Part shown: positions 24,325 to 38,689 of the stretch, one piece after another
Numbering within the stretch: position 1 is the stretch's first letter
Layout: each line of letters opens with the position of its first letter
Source of the DNA: Octopus vulgaris
Taxonomy: Eukaryota
Assembly (NCBI GenBank): GCA_951406725.2
Contig: OX597817.1
Location: 35,712,001 to 35,776,000, forward strand
Reading direction: 5' to 3'
Length of the DNA: 64,000 nucleotides
Notes under the pieces: generated by a model
The model's input: the letters and a program-made list of their open reading frames with translations, nothing else
What the model was told of the DNA's origin: nothing
The model's database searches: none
Made by a program: the position numbers and the translations under genes

Positions 24325-24495
24325 GTATACATGTACATACATGTATATATATATATATATATAATGTATACATGTACATACATGTATATATATATATATA
24401 TATAATGTATACATGTACATACATGTATATATTTTATATATATATAATGTATACATGTATATATATATATATGTATACATGTACATATATGTATA
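24270..24495. repeat. AATGTATACATGTACATACATG(TA)n tandem units
   Basis: About 5 units separated by variable TA runs. Confidence 0.85.
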
Positions 24496-24930
24496 CACAC
24501 ATCGCACACGTGTGGGGAGAGCTTTTACGGGTGGGTAAAGTAAAATATGCTACGTTACACAATCTTTCCCTACAATCTAAATCTAGGAAGAATTTTTTTT
24601 ATACTTCTCCATAGCAACAAATAATAGTCGTTCGATACATTATCGAAAATTTGGCAAAGTTACAGAAAACGGTTTTATAATTGAACAACCATGTTAGTAG
24701 AGTCTGTTGTCTTCAAGAATATAGTCAAAAGACTCCGAAAAAACCACGCGCAATTTATCTAACACGCGTGCGTACATTCACCCCATAATTTATGTATGCA
24801 TTTATAGTCATAACGCACGAAACTCTAGGACCATCAACCACTCTAACTTCTGCTAAATATTAATAAACACACACACACATATATATATACATACATACAC
24901 ACACATATATATATATATATACATATATAT

Positions 24931-25624
<694 letters not shown>

Positions 25625-26035
25625 ATGACTGTCTATCTAGCTATACATATATGTGTGTGTGTGTATATATATATGTGTGTGTATAATGTGGTATATATAT
25701 ATATCGCATTACGTACGCACCTTCATGTGCAAGTGAACATGCGCGAATACGGCCGCATCTTCATATATGTAATGGTTAAAATGGGAAGCAATTTTTATGG
25801 GATGGAACTCGAATGACGTCAATTGTCTTGATATATTTATTTTCTTTCCTCAACATCTCCAGTCTCTCCCTTATCGCTCTTTATTTATCCTTATTTTCTA
25901 CTTTCTTCTATCGTTACTTTCCCTCCATTTACCGGTTTCATTGTAACGGTAAAAATCATTAAAAATCATGTTGCGTGGACATTAGATTCTTTCATAGTAT
26001 TATTCATGTTCCGCATTATGTGACTATATATATAT

Positions 26036-26069
<34 letters not shown>

Positions 26070-26111
26070 CACTGTATACATGTATATTTATATCTCTCTC
26101 TCACTCTCTAT

Positions 26112-26164
<53 letters not shown>

Positions 26165-26325
26165 CATACACTCCAGAAGGCCGCAGTCATATGACTGAAA
26201 CATGTAAAAGTGTGTGTATATATATATATATATATGTTTCAGTCATTTTACTTCGGCCCTGCTGGAGTATATATATATATATATATATATATGTTAGAAG
26301 TATGGTGGGGTGATGTTCAGATTTA

Positions 26326-26454
26326 ATACATATGAAAGAAAAAAGGTGTTCAGAATGCTGGATGGTTGTAAAAATATATATTTATTTACATATCGCATGT
26401 AAATAAATATATATTTTTACAACCATCCAGCATTGTGAACACCTTTCTTCTTTC

Positions 26455-26462
<8 letters not shown>
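26326..26462. repeat. Near-perfect 66-bp-arm hairpin
   Basis: Arms 26326-26391 and 26397-26462, 2 mismatches, loop ATCGC. Confidence 0.95.
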
Positions 26463-26507
<45 letters not shown>

Positions 26508-27502
26508 CACACGCGCACACTAAGTATGGGATTTTAGTTCACAGGTGATCGAAATATACAATATTATATATCAATGGTATCTCAACATCGGTAAAATCCC
26601 AATGCTTGAGTTTGACATGTGTAACGTTTGGCACGCATACATATACGTGTATGTGTAATATATTGGTTGGAGTAATGTTGGATCTTACAAATGAAGAAAC
26701 ATGTTTCTTTTTAGAATACTGTTCATAGAACAGATCTCACTTAACTCAATAACTGAAATAAATGCTATCGTATCATTCAACTCCTACGTAGACCTCTGAC
26801 CACCCAAAGTGGTGTATCATAACTATGAAAGATCGTGAAATACATTACAGTATATAGTTTCGCTCTTTTAGTTACGTGGTCAAATTTTTACTTAAGATAA
26901 TGAAATAAATAGCAATGCACAGATCTGTCTGTTCGGTGAATATATTTCTAGCACCAAAATGGCGCAAACCGGTCTTGGTTTTTTTCTAGTGAAGAGATCA
27001 TTTCATCTCAATCTATTTTTCCACAGAAAGGCATGGCTTTCGCAATTTGAAATTAAGATATTTCTCTAATTCAATCTTTGTATATTAGTCGAAAGAAAAT
27101 ATATTCGTCTGATATAAACAGAATACATTGTGGCGGTATACCGTGGCAATCGGTTGTGTAATGAGGGTTTCGATTTTCGATCACAGCTGTATCATTACAT
27201 ACTTGCTAATGCCCTTGAGAAAGTCACGATCTCATTCCCCTATTTCAATTAATGTGAAACCTTGCATTTACTAGAGAAATCAATATATTTGTCTGACGGC
27301 TGTCTAGTAGTGTGTTTTAGGGATCTATTGATTTTTTCTCCTTTTTTCCTGTGTTCACCATTCAGAATCAAATGGTAGATACATTGTGTTGAGTGATCAT
27401 GTAATAATGTATATTTTATTTATACGTGCAATTTTTTCTCATAGCTCACTCCTCTTGCTTCGTTATGTAAATATTCCGTTTCTTTCTCTCCATCTGTCTA
27501 AT

Positions 27503-27503
<1 letters not shown>

Positions 27504-27541
<38 letters not shown>

Positions 27542-27670
27542 ATCGATAGATAGATAAATCGACAGATAGATAGATAGATAGATAAATCGACAGATAGATA
27601 GATAGATAGATAGATAGATAAATCGACAGATAGATAGATAGGTAGGTAGGTAAGTTGCTAGATAGATAGA
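27504..27670. repeat. (GATA)n compound microsatellite
   Basis: Direct. Confidence 0.95.
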
Positions 27671-30600
27671 ATAGGTATGTATATATATGTGTGTGTGAAT
27701 GTGTAGATGATGAAAGATTACGTCCTCAAATTTTGGCGCAAGGCCAGCAATTTTAGACGGGCTAAGTCGATTGCATTGACTCCAATGCTTACCTAGTACT
27801 TATTTTATCGACTATCAAAGGATGAAAGTGTATATATATGTATGTGTGTGTTTAGAGAGAAGGGGGTTAGATATTTTCTTCCTGATATATGTATAAATAC
27901 TTTTTAGTACGTTGTATAACAAATGTAATATCTATTTTTACCTCAACCCTCAATGTTCTTTTCCCGCCCTATTTCTTGGTTTTTCCCATCATGTTGCTTT
28001 TGTTACCTTGTTAAATAAACTTCTAACGTATAAACTTGCCATATATGGATTTTGCTATTTTCCCTCGCATTTTTCCATCCAAGATAAACGTTTAACTGCG
28101 TATTTCAAATTGTTCCGAGCATCTAGTGTAGAACAGCACTCAAATTAGTTTCCCTGAGGTGGTTTGATTCAGACATACAAGTGCATCTTTTCCCTGACCT
28201 ATGATGTATATATATATAGCGAATGAGTGAGAGATGGGGGATGAATATATACATACATTCTTCATAATGTCTATTGACTTTGATAGGTAAAAAAAAAAAA
28301 TCAATAAATAGCTATTAATCATAGAAAAAAAATCGATTACAAAGCCAGATTAACGAGTGCTTGGATCCATCATTGTTTATACGCTTTTCAAAGATACTTT
28401 TAGAGAATACTTGTAGAATTTATTTTTGGTACAGTGTCAACATTGCTAATTACTACTAATCATATGTCTGAAACTAATATTCGACTATTAATCTATTTTT
28501 TAAATTTCTTTTTTTTTTTCTGACATGGAAAGCCACAACATTATTGAATATTATCTCGAATAACTAAAATCAATATGAATGCTCCAGATATTGAACCAAA
28601 AGTTAAGCATTGGCAATGTTTGAGACAATTGCGTCTGAAAAATGCTTTAAGAGTACATTTTATTTAGCTCGCAGTTTCAATTCCGATGCGGAAAATCTCG
28701 CCAACTTCGACTTTGCCTTCAAACCCATTAAACCTTCATTTAATGGACTACTTGTTAGAATGTTCATGTGAAAAAATTAGGATAGTGTGGGCTAAAATTA
28801 TAATAGATCAGTATTTGACTAGTATAAGTCTCTGATATAAGTTCATCGATCTCAGTGTTTGACTGATACGTAATTATCGACTCCAGAAGGACAAAAGGCG
28901 AAGTTGGCTCCGGCGGGAATTTGGATTTGGTGTAAAACGTCTGGGAAAAAAAAAATACTGCTGAATATTTTTTTTCCAACGCACTAAGAATTCTACCAAT
29001 CCATCACTCAAACACTGACTCTTCACCAAGACACAGCTCAGAATTTCTGTTCTTAACTTTGTGTAGTTGACGGAAAAATCTAATGCCAAGTGGTTTCGTT
29101 TGATCTCTATTAAAATCCATTTTTTTTTTTACTTCAGTCTGCTAGTACCCGCAACTAAACACTCCACATATCACTTTTATTAGCTTTTCCATTTCAAACT
29201 ACACTCTTAACTCGAAACTAAGTTCGTCTTTTAAAAGATGTCTTTGTATTAAATTAAACGAATTCTTTAAAATAGAATAAATGCGAAGTAATGACTTCCC
29301 CAACAAGGAAGTTACTTGTGTTAGTTCATTGTTAGCTGTTCAACACGTGAGACTAATACTTTTCAAAGTTTGCGCCTCTCATTCAACTGGTTTTACTCAT
29401 TGCTGACCTCACTCGCCCAAATTGCGCCACGTCTGCCTTAAGGAAGGAATTAGAACTTCTCAAATTTAAAAAGAAATAAAACTGTCCCCGGAAAACTTGC
29501 AGTCACGTAGCTTTTTTCTTTAATACTCTCTTAAGCTTTGTTTTTTGTTTTTTTTTGGTTAAGTAGACAATTTTATAAAGGAAGAAAACTTAATGACATT
29601 ACAAATAAAGGAATGTTGCATAAAATGTCTGGAAACGATTAGCATTCATCTTTTTTTTTTTTTTTTTCGATTCTTGGTCAGTAGTGATATTCAAACAATC
29701 CATAAGATCTTTTATTTTATTCTTTTTATTTCATGTGTGTGTGTGTTATAAGTTTGATGGTATTGACCGGTAATTAATTATTAAGGTCTAAAATAATACA
29801 TAAAAAGATATCTATTTCCTTTTCCTAAATCATGAAGCCAAGCTCTTAGCGATTACTTAATTTGCTTTCCCCACGTATTTAGTCAAGAGACTGAAGTTGG
29901 GAAAACCCAGGTATTATTCAGTGTGTAATTATAGCAGCTATGTCCAGTTTAAAATTTTCAAAATATTAATTTGATCTCAAGTGTTTTATTTATATTTTAC
30001 TTCCTAAGTATGGAGATATTTTGTGAAATTATCCACTTATACTTGTAGTCATACTTCACAACCTTCTTCCTAATGCTAAATCTTATATCTATGTTTGGCT
30101 GTATGTATGAATGTGTGTGTGTGTATCTGAGTGTATATATATGTCATAGTAGTTTCAAGTTTAAAATATACGCATATATAGTCATCATCGTTTAAAGCCC
30201 GCCTTCCATGCTGGCTTAAGATGTACATTTAATTTATAAATAATATATTATACATAGCTATCTCTCATTCCCTGTGTGTGTGTGTGTAGGCCCTGCCCTG
30301 TTTAACATTGTCCCAAAACTGATCAAAGAGGAAAAGGATCCCATCACCTTTAAACAGTCTGGACAGGTTTCTTCAAGGAATACCAGACAAGCCACCCATA
30401 CCTGGATACAACTTGCTACTTGAATGGACTATAAATAAAACTTGACTTAGAAAAGGATTTAGATAATCCTATCAGGTGGTGCTATTAAGTTAGACATGGC
30501 CTGGACCAATCTTTGGTCGAAGCATATCTAAGTTATATATATATATATATATATATAATAGGCGCAGGAGTGGCCGTGTGGTAAGTAGGTTGCTTAACAA

Positions 30601-30673
30601 CCACATGGTTCTACTATAGCCGACCAAAGCCTTGTGAGTGGATTTGGTAGACAGAAACTGAAAGATGCCCTTC

Positions 30674-30728
<55 letters not shown>

Positions 30729-33230
30729 GAAGATGGTAATTATTTCTTGACTTCTCCAGCATTAATGATAGGTATTGAAAGAAATTATTCCATTTCATAT
30801 TTGTTAATAAATCAGCTTTTAATCACAAGATTCTTTTTCCCATTCCCTGATGTGTGTGTTGGATGAAGAGATGTTGACATTCCTTGATGACATTATGACC
30901 TGTTGCTGTAAAGCTCTCTGGAATTAAAAAAAAAAGACTCCTTTGCTTGTAAAACATAATGGCTGGCAACAAGAAATGCATCCGGTTGTAAAATCTTGTC
31001 CCAAGTGATTTTCTCCAAGCTACATTAGCCTAGAAAAACACATTTAATGAACGAACAGTTATATATATATATATATTGGCCTGCTCGCTTAGCCAGCGGG
31101 GTGGCGTCATTTGAAGGGTAAAATAATGCGAAGGGCATTGTGACCAGCGATGTGTAGCAACATCTGATAGCCTGGTCGGTCATGGTGATATATATATATA
31201 TGTGTGTGTGTGTGTACATGCTCAATACCCATTGCATTTTTAACGGCAAGATGCCAAAATTTTAGATTCAAAAGGCCATCTTTGATATAAAATATATTGT
31301 TTTAATAACAAGAGACTTTGGTAGAATTAAAATGTTAATGACTTTACCTCTATTTCCATTTTCAGAAAAATAGATTGGATATTTTAATTAGGTAAATTAT
31401 TGAAACTTAGGTTGTCTTTCTCATAGCTAAGGCTTAATTAATCTTAATATTGTTTAACTGGAAACATTTTATTTAAAAATATAAATTTCATATTCTTCAA
31501 ACTTGATATATGCATTGTACAATATTTACATTTACTAAGATGACTTTTACATAAACAGTTTCTAGGGAAGGTTCTATTTTCATCATTATGATATATCCTG
31601 GCTGATTTGAAGATCTGGCTGCTATTTCTAACAGGTCGAGTTACCTCATAAAAGCACACATTTGTTAATATGTATGATGGTAAAATTTGTGATGGACTTT
31701 TTTGATAATAATCTTGGCTACCATATTTACATAAAATTTCACTGAACTACCTTAACTATCTATTTTTGTTTATGATAGGAATGTTTTCCTTGTTTTTTTC
31801 CTTCTAAATTTTTTTTATTCACAATTGTGAATAAAAAAAAATTGAAATATTTTAGTGGAAAATAATATATTTATTTTAAAAACAGCAGAATTGACTGTTT
31901 TCCTAGCTAGGAGTTTTTGTAAAATAGTTGATCCACCTATTTGAATTTCATCTGCTGTCTACAAGTAGTGCCTCTTTAGTTTCACTTTCAGTTTTAGAAA
32001 TACTGCAAAGACACAAATGCGTATGTCAAGTGAATGCAGGGAACAAATTTAGTAGGAACATGGTATATATTCAGGTTTTCTGTGAGAATCTGCTGGCTGA
32101 TTCATAATTGGTTCTAACCATGAGAGAGAACAACAGTTCTCATGGAAGAATTTACCAAATTTTTAATACAGTTTCTGATATTTTACTTGTGACTTGTTAC
32201 ACTGAATATTCATCATCTTAAATGAACACTCATCCATCACAATCCAAGTCAGTTCTTTTTTGGGAGTTATTATCCTCCTATATGGGTTAGAGGACCATAT
32301 CTTATCTTACATATATGTTTCAGTTTTGAAGTTTGGTTTCTGCAGCTGGATGTATCAGGTGCTTTTATTGTGACACCAGCTTTAGAGAGATCCTGTTTAT
32401 GGCAAGACTAAAGTGTTCTTTTGATTATATCCTTGTTATTCACCAATCACATCATTGAATATTTTGGGTGAATTTTATAGTGAACAACAATAGTAGTGAT
32501 GTTGCTTTGAACATCAGACTATGTTATATTTTTCTCATGGGGCTTAACAGATAGATAAAAGAAAGGGTGATAATAGAAGAATGTGAGTGGGTGGATGAAG
32601 GAAACAAGAGTAAGATAATAGAAACAGATTGGGATAAGGTGTGAGTGAGAGATGCATAATGATAGAGATGAGTAAATGGTGAGAGTGAATGATGGTTGTC
32701 AGTAGCAAGTGGCTGAGAACAAAGGATGATGACTAAAAATGTAGAAAGAGTTGTGGTAAATGATGGTGGGCAGGTACATGTAGATCTAACATACCCTGTT
32801 GAAAATATGCTTTGTGTGTGTGTGTATGTATGTATATATGAAAAATGAGTTTGTTTTAACAAGCTACAGCAAAATGAATTTATAAATATCAAAGCAACAC
32901 TCACAGCAAGTAGGGCACCTAAATATTGTTGCCTTGGAAATATTCATTAGTTCCTTATATTTCAGGTAAAGTACTACTTGATGGAGGATAACTACTAATG
33001 ATTATCAGAGTTAATTAAACATCTATCTATTTATGTTTCTGTGCATGTACTAAAAATTCTATGAAGCACATGAAAAGGTCTGGGCCTGATCTCCTGCTCA
33101 ACAGCTTTCAAACTCCACTAACTCCTGAAAGCATGGTGATACAAATGCTAAAATTGGCAATGGTGATGGAGATTGGGAAGTATAATATACACTCCTTAAA
33201 GTGTGACATACAAATGGTCAACATAGGATC

Positions 33231-33470
33231 ATGAGGGCCCTTTGCACTTTTCAAAGACAAGGCAACCTCACTAGTGCTCATGACACAGTAAGATACTACT
33301 CAATACATGCTGGGGTCAATAAAATAAGTACCAGTTGATAATGAGGTCAAATGAGAGCCCTTTGGACTTTTCAAAGACAAGGCAACCTCGCTAGTGCTCA
33401 TGACACAGTAAGATGCTACTCAATACATGCTGGGGTCAATAAAATAAGTACCAGTTGAATACTGGGGTCA
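33231..33470. repeat. 120-bp tandem duplication
   Basis: 33231-33350 vs 33351-33470 nearly identical. Confidence 0.9.
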
Positions 33471-33847
33471 AATGTAATTGACTTAGCCCTACCCCAAAAT
33501 TGCTGGCCTTCTGCCAACATTTGAAATGAATATATACCTGTAAAGTGGTTGATGTTAAGAGGGCAACCAGCCATAAAAACCAACCAAAAGTAAAATTTGT
33601 TAGTGAAATGTGGTCTTCTGACCTGACAGAGCAGTTCGTCTGAATAATAATTGATGATGAGGAGGAGGAAGGGGATATATATGTCAGTGTATAGTGAGTG
33701 TGTGTGTGTGTGTGTGTATATATGAAGTTATGTTAGCCTCCTGAAGGAATGGTGTCATCCAAGGAAATACTGGTTCAATATCTAATATTTGAGTGGGGTG
33801 GGGGTGATTTCCTTAAAATAATAAGTCTGTAGTTTATATTCATACAA

Positions 33848-34030
33848 AGGAAAAAGAAGAAAATGGAGATTTTGAAGTTAATAAGAATTTATTATCAGCA
33901 ACAAACCAATCACTATCCCTTACAGCTGTTTCCTTTATATACAGTGAAATTAATTAAATATTAAATTCATGTTTCTGAGCTTAATCTCTTCAGAGGGAAA
34001 AAATATACCCTTAGATGTTATGTATGTTTG
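33848..34030 (-). mobile_element. Penelope-like terminal fragment with degenerate hammerhead motif
   Basis: Minus strand TCCCT-CTGAAGA...GAAA-CAGCTG-TA-AGGGA; diverged second copy at 45657-45870. Confidence 0.55.
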
Positions 34031-34361
34031 TAGATTATATATATAAAATCAAAAAACAGGATATCAAGTATATACACATACATTATATACACACGTACAT
34101 TTGTATATAAAGAGAGAGCAGGGGCTGTGTATACTGTGGAAACCTGATTATAATGTTGGATAATTCTACTGTTGTTTCAAAAACACTCACCCCTACTTCT
34201 AATTAAGTCACCTAGCTAACGAAAGCTATCAACTGTTTTTAGGGAGCATTTGAGAGAATGTATTTCCTATGAGCTCTTAGTGTTTACTGTTCCTGTACAA
34301 CAACTGCAGTCTACCTTACCTATTAGCCTGCTTGTGATCTCACAATACCTAAAAAATAAAT

Positions 34362-34600
34362 GCGCCCTTTTAAAGCCTAGCCAGGTTCATGGGCTCGGTT
34401 TCTATGGCGTATGTGTTCCCCAGCTAGACCGGACACCAGTCCATCGCAGCATTACTCATTTTTGCCAGCTGAGTGGACTGGAGCAACATGAAATGAAGTG
34501 TTTTGCTCAAGAACACAATACGTCGCCTGGTCCAGAAATCGAAACAACAATCTTACAATCATGATGCTAGCACCCTAACCACTAAGCCACGCACCTCCAC
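34362..34600 (-). mobile_element. tRNA-derived SINE with CORE-like central block
   Basis: Minus strand GTGGCTTAGTGGTTAGGG...GTTTCGATT...TTGAGCAAAACACTTCATTTCA.GTTGCTCCAGTCCACTCAGCTG; fragment also at ~1090-1140. Confidence 0.7.
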
Positions 34601-35642
34601 ATATATATTTCCCATTTGTTCCTATTGCGTAACACATAGATTGAAACAGGTCATATGCACAAGGAAAAATATATAATTTTTGCTTGAAAACTCATAAGTC
34701 AGTCATGATTCACACTTTGTAATGAATATAGCTATTTTTCTGTGAAATTCATTACGTTGTTTCTCTCATTATTCTTAATAATAATTATTCATTATGTTCG
34801 AAAACAATAATATCAAAAGCCTCAGCTGACTTTTCTTTGTACATTTTTTTACATAATCTGGCAACAGACAATTCACTGACAATTCTCACTATCAAACCTC
34901 TGTTAATTCCTTCTTTCACTCTGTTTCTCTCATTATTGTTATAATTATCACTTGGCTTTCCAGTAATGAATGTTAAACATACAAGCATATGTAGATGCTT
35001 GCTTATATACATACACATACACACATAAATACATTCAAGACAGACAGTGAAAGAGAGAAAGTGTTTTTAAGCAACTTTGTTCAAAAGACAGCAAAAATTT
35101 TCCCGTCTTGACGTACCAAAAATAGCTATCAAATTAGTAATAAATCAAACTGAAATCATAAATGTAGACATTGAGTAATATATTTCCTGAAACACAAAGC
35201 AATGAGATTGTCACAAGACCACTTTTCATTATCAAGATTTAACAATTTTTGTAGCATTGTTAGAGCTGTTATTTATATAATTGTTTTGCGAGAGATCTTC
35301 AATGTTTGCTTGCCTTGCAGAGACAGTGAATACATCAACCTTCAAATCAATCACTAAAATTAGCTTATATGATGTGCATGAGCCAAGGAACAGACTCCTC
35401 TACATATTGGTTAGATTTCAAAGAAATAGCGACCAAAATTCTTTCAAATCATACGCTACTGTTGTGTGTATATGTAATGTGTATGTGAGTGGAGAGAGAG
35501 AGACAGACAGAAATAGAACAACATGAGATTGTTCATAAGTTGTACAATCTTAATGATTGTTGTGAAGAAATCTCTATCAGAAAGAATATCTTGTTTGAGA
35601 ACAGTAAATTGAAATAGCAAGAAATAATTTACATATTGCATA

Positions 35643-36148
35643 CCGTAAATCCTAGAGTATAATCCGCATTTTTTTCCCAAAATTTAAAGGTCAAAATCTC
35701 TAACTACATACAAGGTTAAAAATGAAAATTATTTTCTAAGCAATTTTCGAGTCTCTATTTGCTGTCCAGCAATGTTTATTCTGACGCATTTCGTGATGTC
35801 GGGCATGAAAATACCTTAAGCTAAGCCTGAAAGCAATGAAGTCATAAAAGAATCATCCATAACTTGCAGTAAGCAACATTTATTAAACGTTATTGCTATT
35901 ATTTCTTTATTTTCTGCAAACAAAATGCACAAAAAAGCTACACGTTTGCATTATGTTATATATACAATAATAATAAAGGACGTTACCGTATACATTTTTA
36001 CAAACCAAGGATGTTATATAGACCTCCCTGACTCAAGTTAGAGAAGGGGTGCGTATTATACACAAGGTTTAGGTTTTTCAGAGGTACAGCCCCCTAAAAA
36101 TCCCCTGCATATTATACTCAAGGGCGGACTATACTCGAGGATTTACTG
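35643..36148. mobile_element. pogo/Tigger-like MITE
   Basis: TA TSD; TIR C(C/A)GTAAATCCT(A/C)GAGTATA(A/G)TCCGC. Confidence 0.85.
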
Positions 36149-36234
36149 TACACATTCATAGAATCAACATGTTGAGTCAAAAGTTTTGTAATATTTTGGT
36201 AACTTATTCATCAAATTACAACGAAAGCAACCTA

Positions 36235-36963
36235 GCATTCAAAGTAGAGGCATCTTGTTGACCCATCTGAAGCTACCTTTCTGCAAGTTCTTTGATTCCA
36301 TGTTGATACAAGTTCTTGTTCATTGGTGTAAAGAGTTCCTTCACTGAAGTTTTCACCTCCTCTTGTTTGATAAAGCATTATGAGCACTGGAAGTGAGCCA
36401 TGAATTGGAAGAAGTAGTTGTCTGAGAGAGCTTGGTACAGACTGTTTGTTTGGTGTGACATCAGTTCAATTCCTTCGAGTTCCTGGAGTTTATTACAGGT
36501 TGCTCAAGCAGTTATAGGTCTTGCATTGTCTTGTTATCACTTTTTGTTAACCAATGCCATGCCAAGTAATTTTTATGCATAATGGCATATTTCTGCTTCA
36601 GCTGTTTGGAATACATGTTGGCATAAATGGTTCAACCAACCGGAATAAATTCATAGTGAATTATCCCCTTGTAATTCCAACGGATGCAGAACGTCACCTT
36701 GTGCTCTAAGCACCCATGATTGGCAACTTGCTCAGCCACTGCTTATGCACATTAGGAGTGTAGAAAAATATCTCCCTCAGATTATTACTTGTTCCAATCT
36801 GTGGCTCACTTCCTGTGCTAGCCACACTTCATCAACCTAGAGGAGGTGGAAAGTTCTGTGACGGTGTTCTTTGCCTTGATGGACAAGAACTGGTATCATT
36901 GTGGGGATCAAAGAACTTGCAGAAAGGTGGCTTCAGTTAGTGCAACACAATGACCTCTACTTT
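36235..36963. mobile_element. Mariner transposase relics, two 3' parts in inverted orientation
   Basis: Minus strand QDNARP...SDNYFF...GIKELAER; plus strand 36770-36963 SPSDYYLFQS..IKELAERWLQLVQHNDLYF. Confidence 0.75.
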
Positions 36964-36984
36964 ACATTGTATTATAGCATAGAG

Positions 36985-37180
36985 CAGTGGTTCCCAAACT
37001 GAGTCGCGACCCACAGATGGGTCGTGAACGGAATCTTAGTGGGTCGCAAAAAGTTATAAAATTATGCATTAGCTTTGATTAACTGCTGTCTATCGAAATA
37101 GTTCAGTAGAGTTAAGTGGGTCGTCATAAACTGGTGATATGAATAGTGGGTCGTGACTCTAAAAAGTTTGGGAACCACTG
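36985..37180. mobile_element. hAT (Charlie/MER5-like) MITE
   Basis: TIR CAGTGGTTCCCAAACT; perfect 8-bp TSD GCATAGAG. Confidence 0.95.
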
Positions 37181-37784
37181 GCATAGAGCATTCACAGAAA
37201 CTAATACTTTTGATGGCTCTCCTCTCTCCATCTCTCTCATTCTGCTTTCTACATGTCCTTCAAATCACATTCTACTGTCGAATGTAATATATGTGTGTAT
37301 GTGCATGCATGTATGAGTATGTATGTGAGGGGGCTCTTTTTGGTTAAATCTGCTAAAAGTATCAGCCAAATCTCCTTCAATTCAGTAGCAATAAGCTATC
37401 AAACACGATATAGTGTTGGGTTTCCCACTCTTATGATAAAACTATGTTGGTCATGATTAGACTCCTCAGTTTACATGGATTTATTCCTCAAAAATCCTGG
37501 AATTTTTACTCATCTGTTAACTATTTTATAATGATTTGGAGTTTTGGAGACCAGAAGGCAGGAATTATGAGCTTTAAAATTTATTCCATTAAAAATATAT
37601 ACTAATAGAAAACTTTAAATATTTACAGAGAAAATTAAAAAATAACTTTCCTGGATAATAAAAATGTATTCCAATCAGGTGTATGTTGTTTATGGTACGT
37701 TTCAACTTGCTCACAATTTTACAACAGTTAGGGCTCTCATGGTTTTATGTAGAAGTCTGCGAAATTTTTGGGGAGGGTGCCAGT

Positions 37785-37948
37785 TGATTAGATCGACCCC
37801 AGTACGCAACTGGTACTTAATTTATCAACCCCAAAAGATGAAAGGCAAAGTTGAGCTCGGCGGAATTTGAACTCAGAACATAAAGACAGACAAAACACCG
37901 CTAAGCATTTTACCTGGCATGTTAACGTTTCCGCTAGCTCGCCACCTA
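37785..37948 (-). mobile_element. SINE family B (CpG-decayed)
   Basis: Matches the family B head and core. Confidence 0.8.
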
Positions 37949-38315
37949 AGTTGGTGAAATATTAGTGAAGGTAGAGAGCTGTTTCTGCAAGTTTACAGTT
38001 TCGTGTCTGTCTCTTGGAAAATTATTTGGGATCATGATTAAATGCTTCGTTGGTTATTTTCATTAGTTTCGTTAATAGCAATGTGTAATCTCTCAAGTTC
38101 GGATGTTTCTTTTAATGAAGTTAGTGTTTCAGTTATGGGTTCAAATAAAGGATTCTTCTGACAAAATGATGAGTGGTTCTGTGGAAGCTTGCTTTTCAAC
38201 CACATGATTCTGGGTTCAGTCCCACTGTGTGACACACTTGGACATGTGTCTTCTACTATAGCCTCAGGCCAACCAGTGGAGTGGATCTGGTAGACAGAAA
38301 CTGAAAGAAGCCTGT

Positions 38316-38352
<37 letters not shown>

Positions 38353-38689
38353 GTATGTGTGTGTATATGTTTGTCTGACCAAATTAAACATGGTCCTTGT
38401 TCTATCAATTGTTATTGTAAGTGTATTATTTTCAAAATCAGTGTTAAATTCAGAGTTTTGTTTCTAAAAGCACAATAAGTTTTTGTTTTTTTCAGTAAAT
38501 AAACTTCCATAAATTCTGATCATTCATAAATTCCATAATTTACTAGATAAATGCATATTTGCATTCAGATATCTTTGATTACACACAGATACATATTGAC
38601 CTATAGAAGTACGTAATATTCCCACCAATCCCTTATCTGTAATAGCTTTTCTAATAAAACCACTCAGAAAATCCATCTAGAGTAAATCA

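Noticed and set aside
31366-31391. AG...GT bounded 26-nt exon candidate
   Set aside because: Stop in phase 1 and not frame-preserving
31809-31840. 32-bp perfect palindrome
   Set aside because: Half of it is homopolymer T/A; no sign of function
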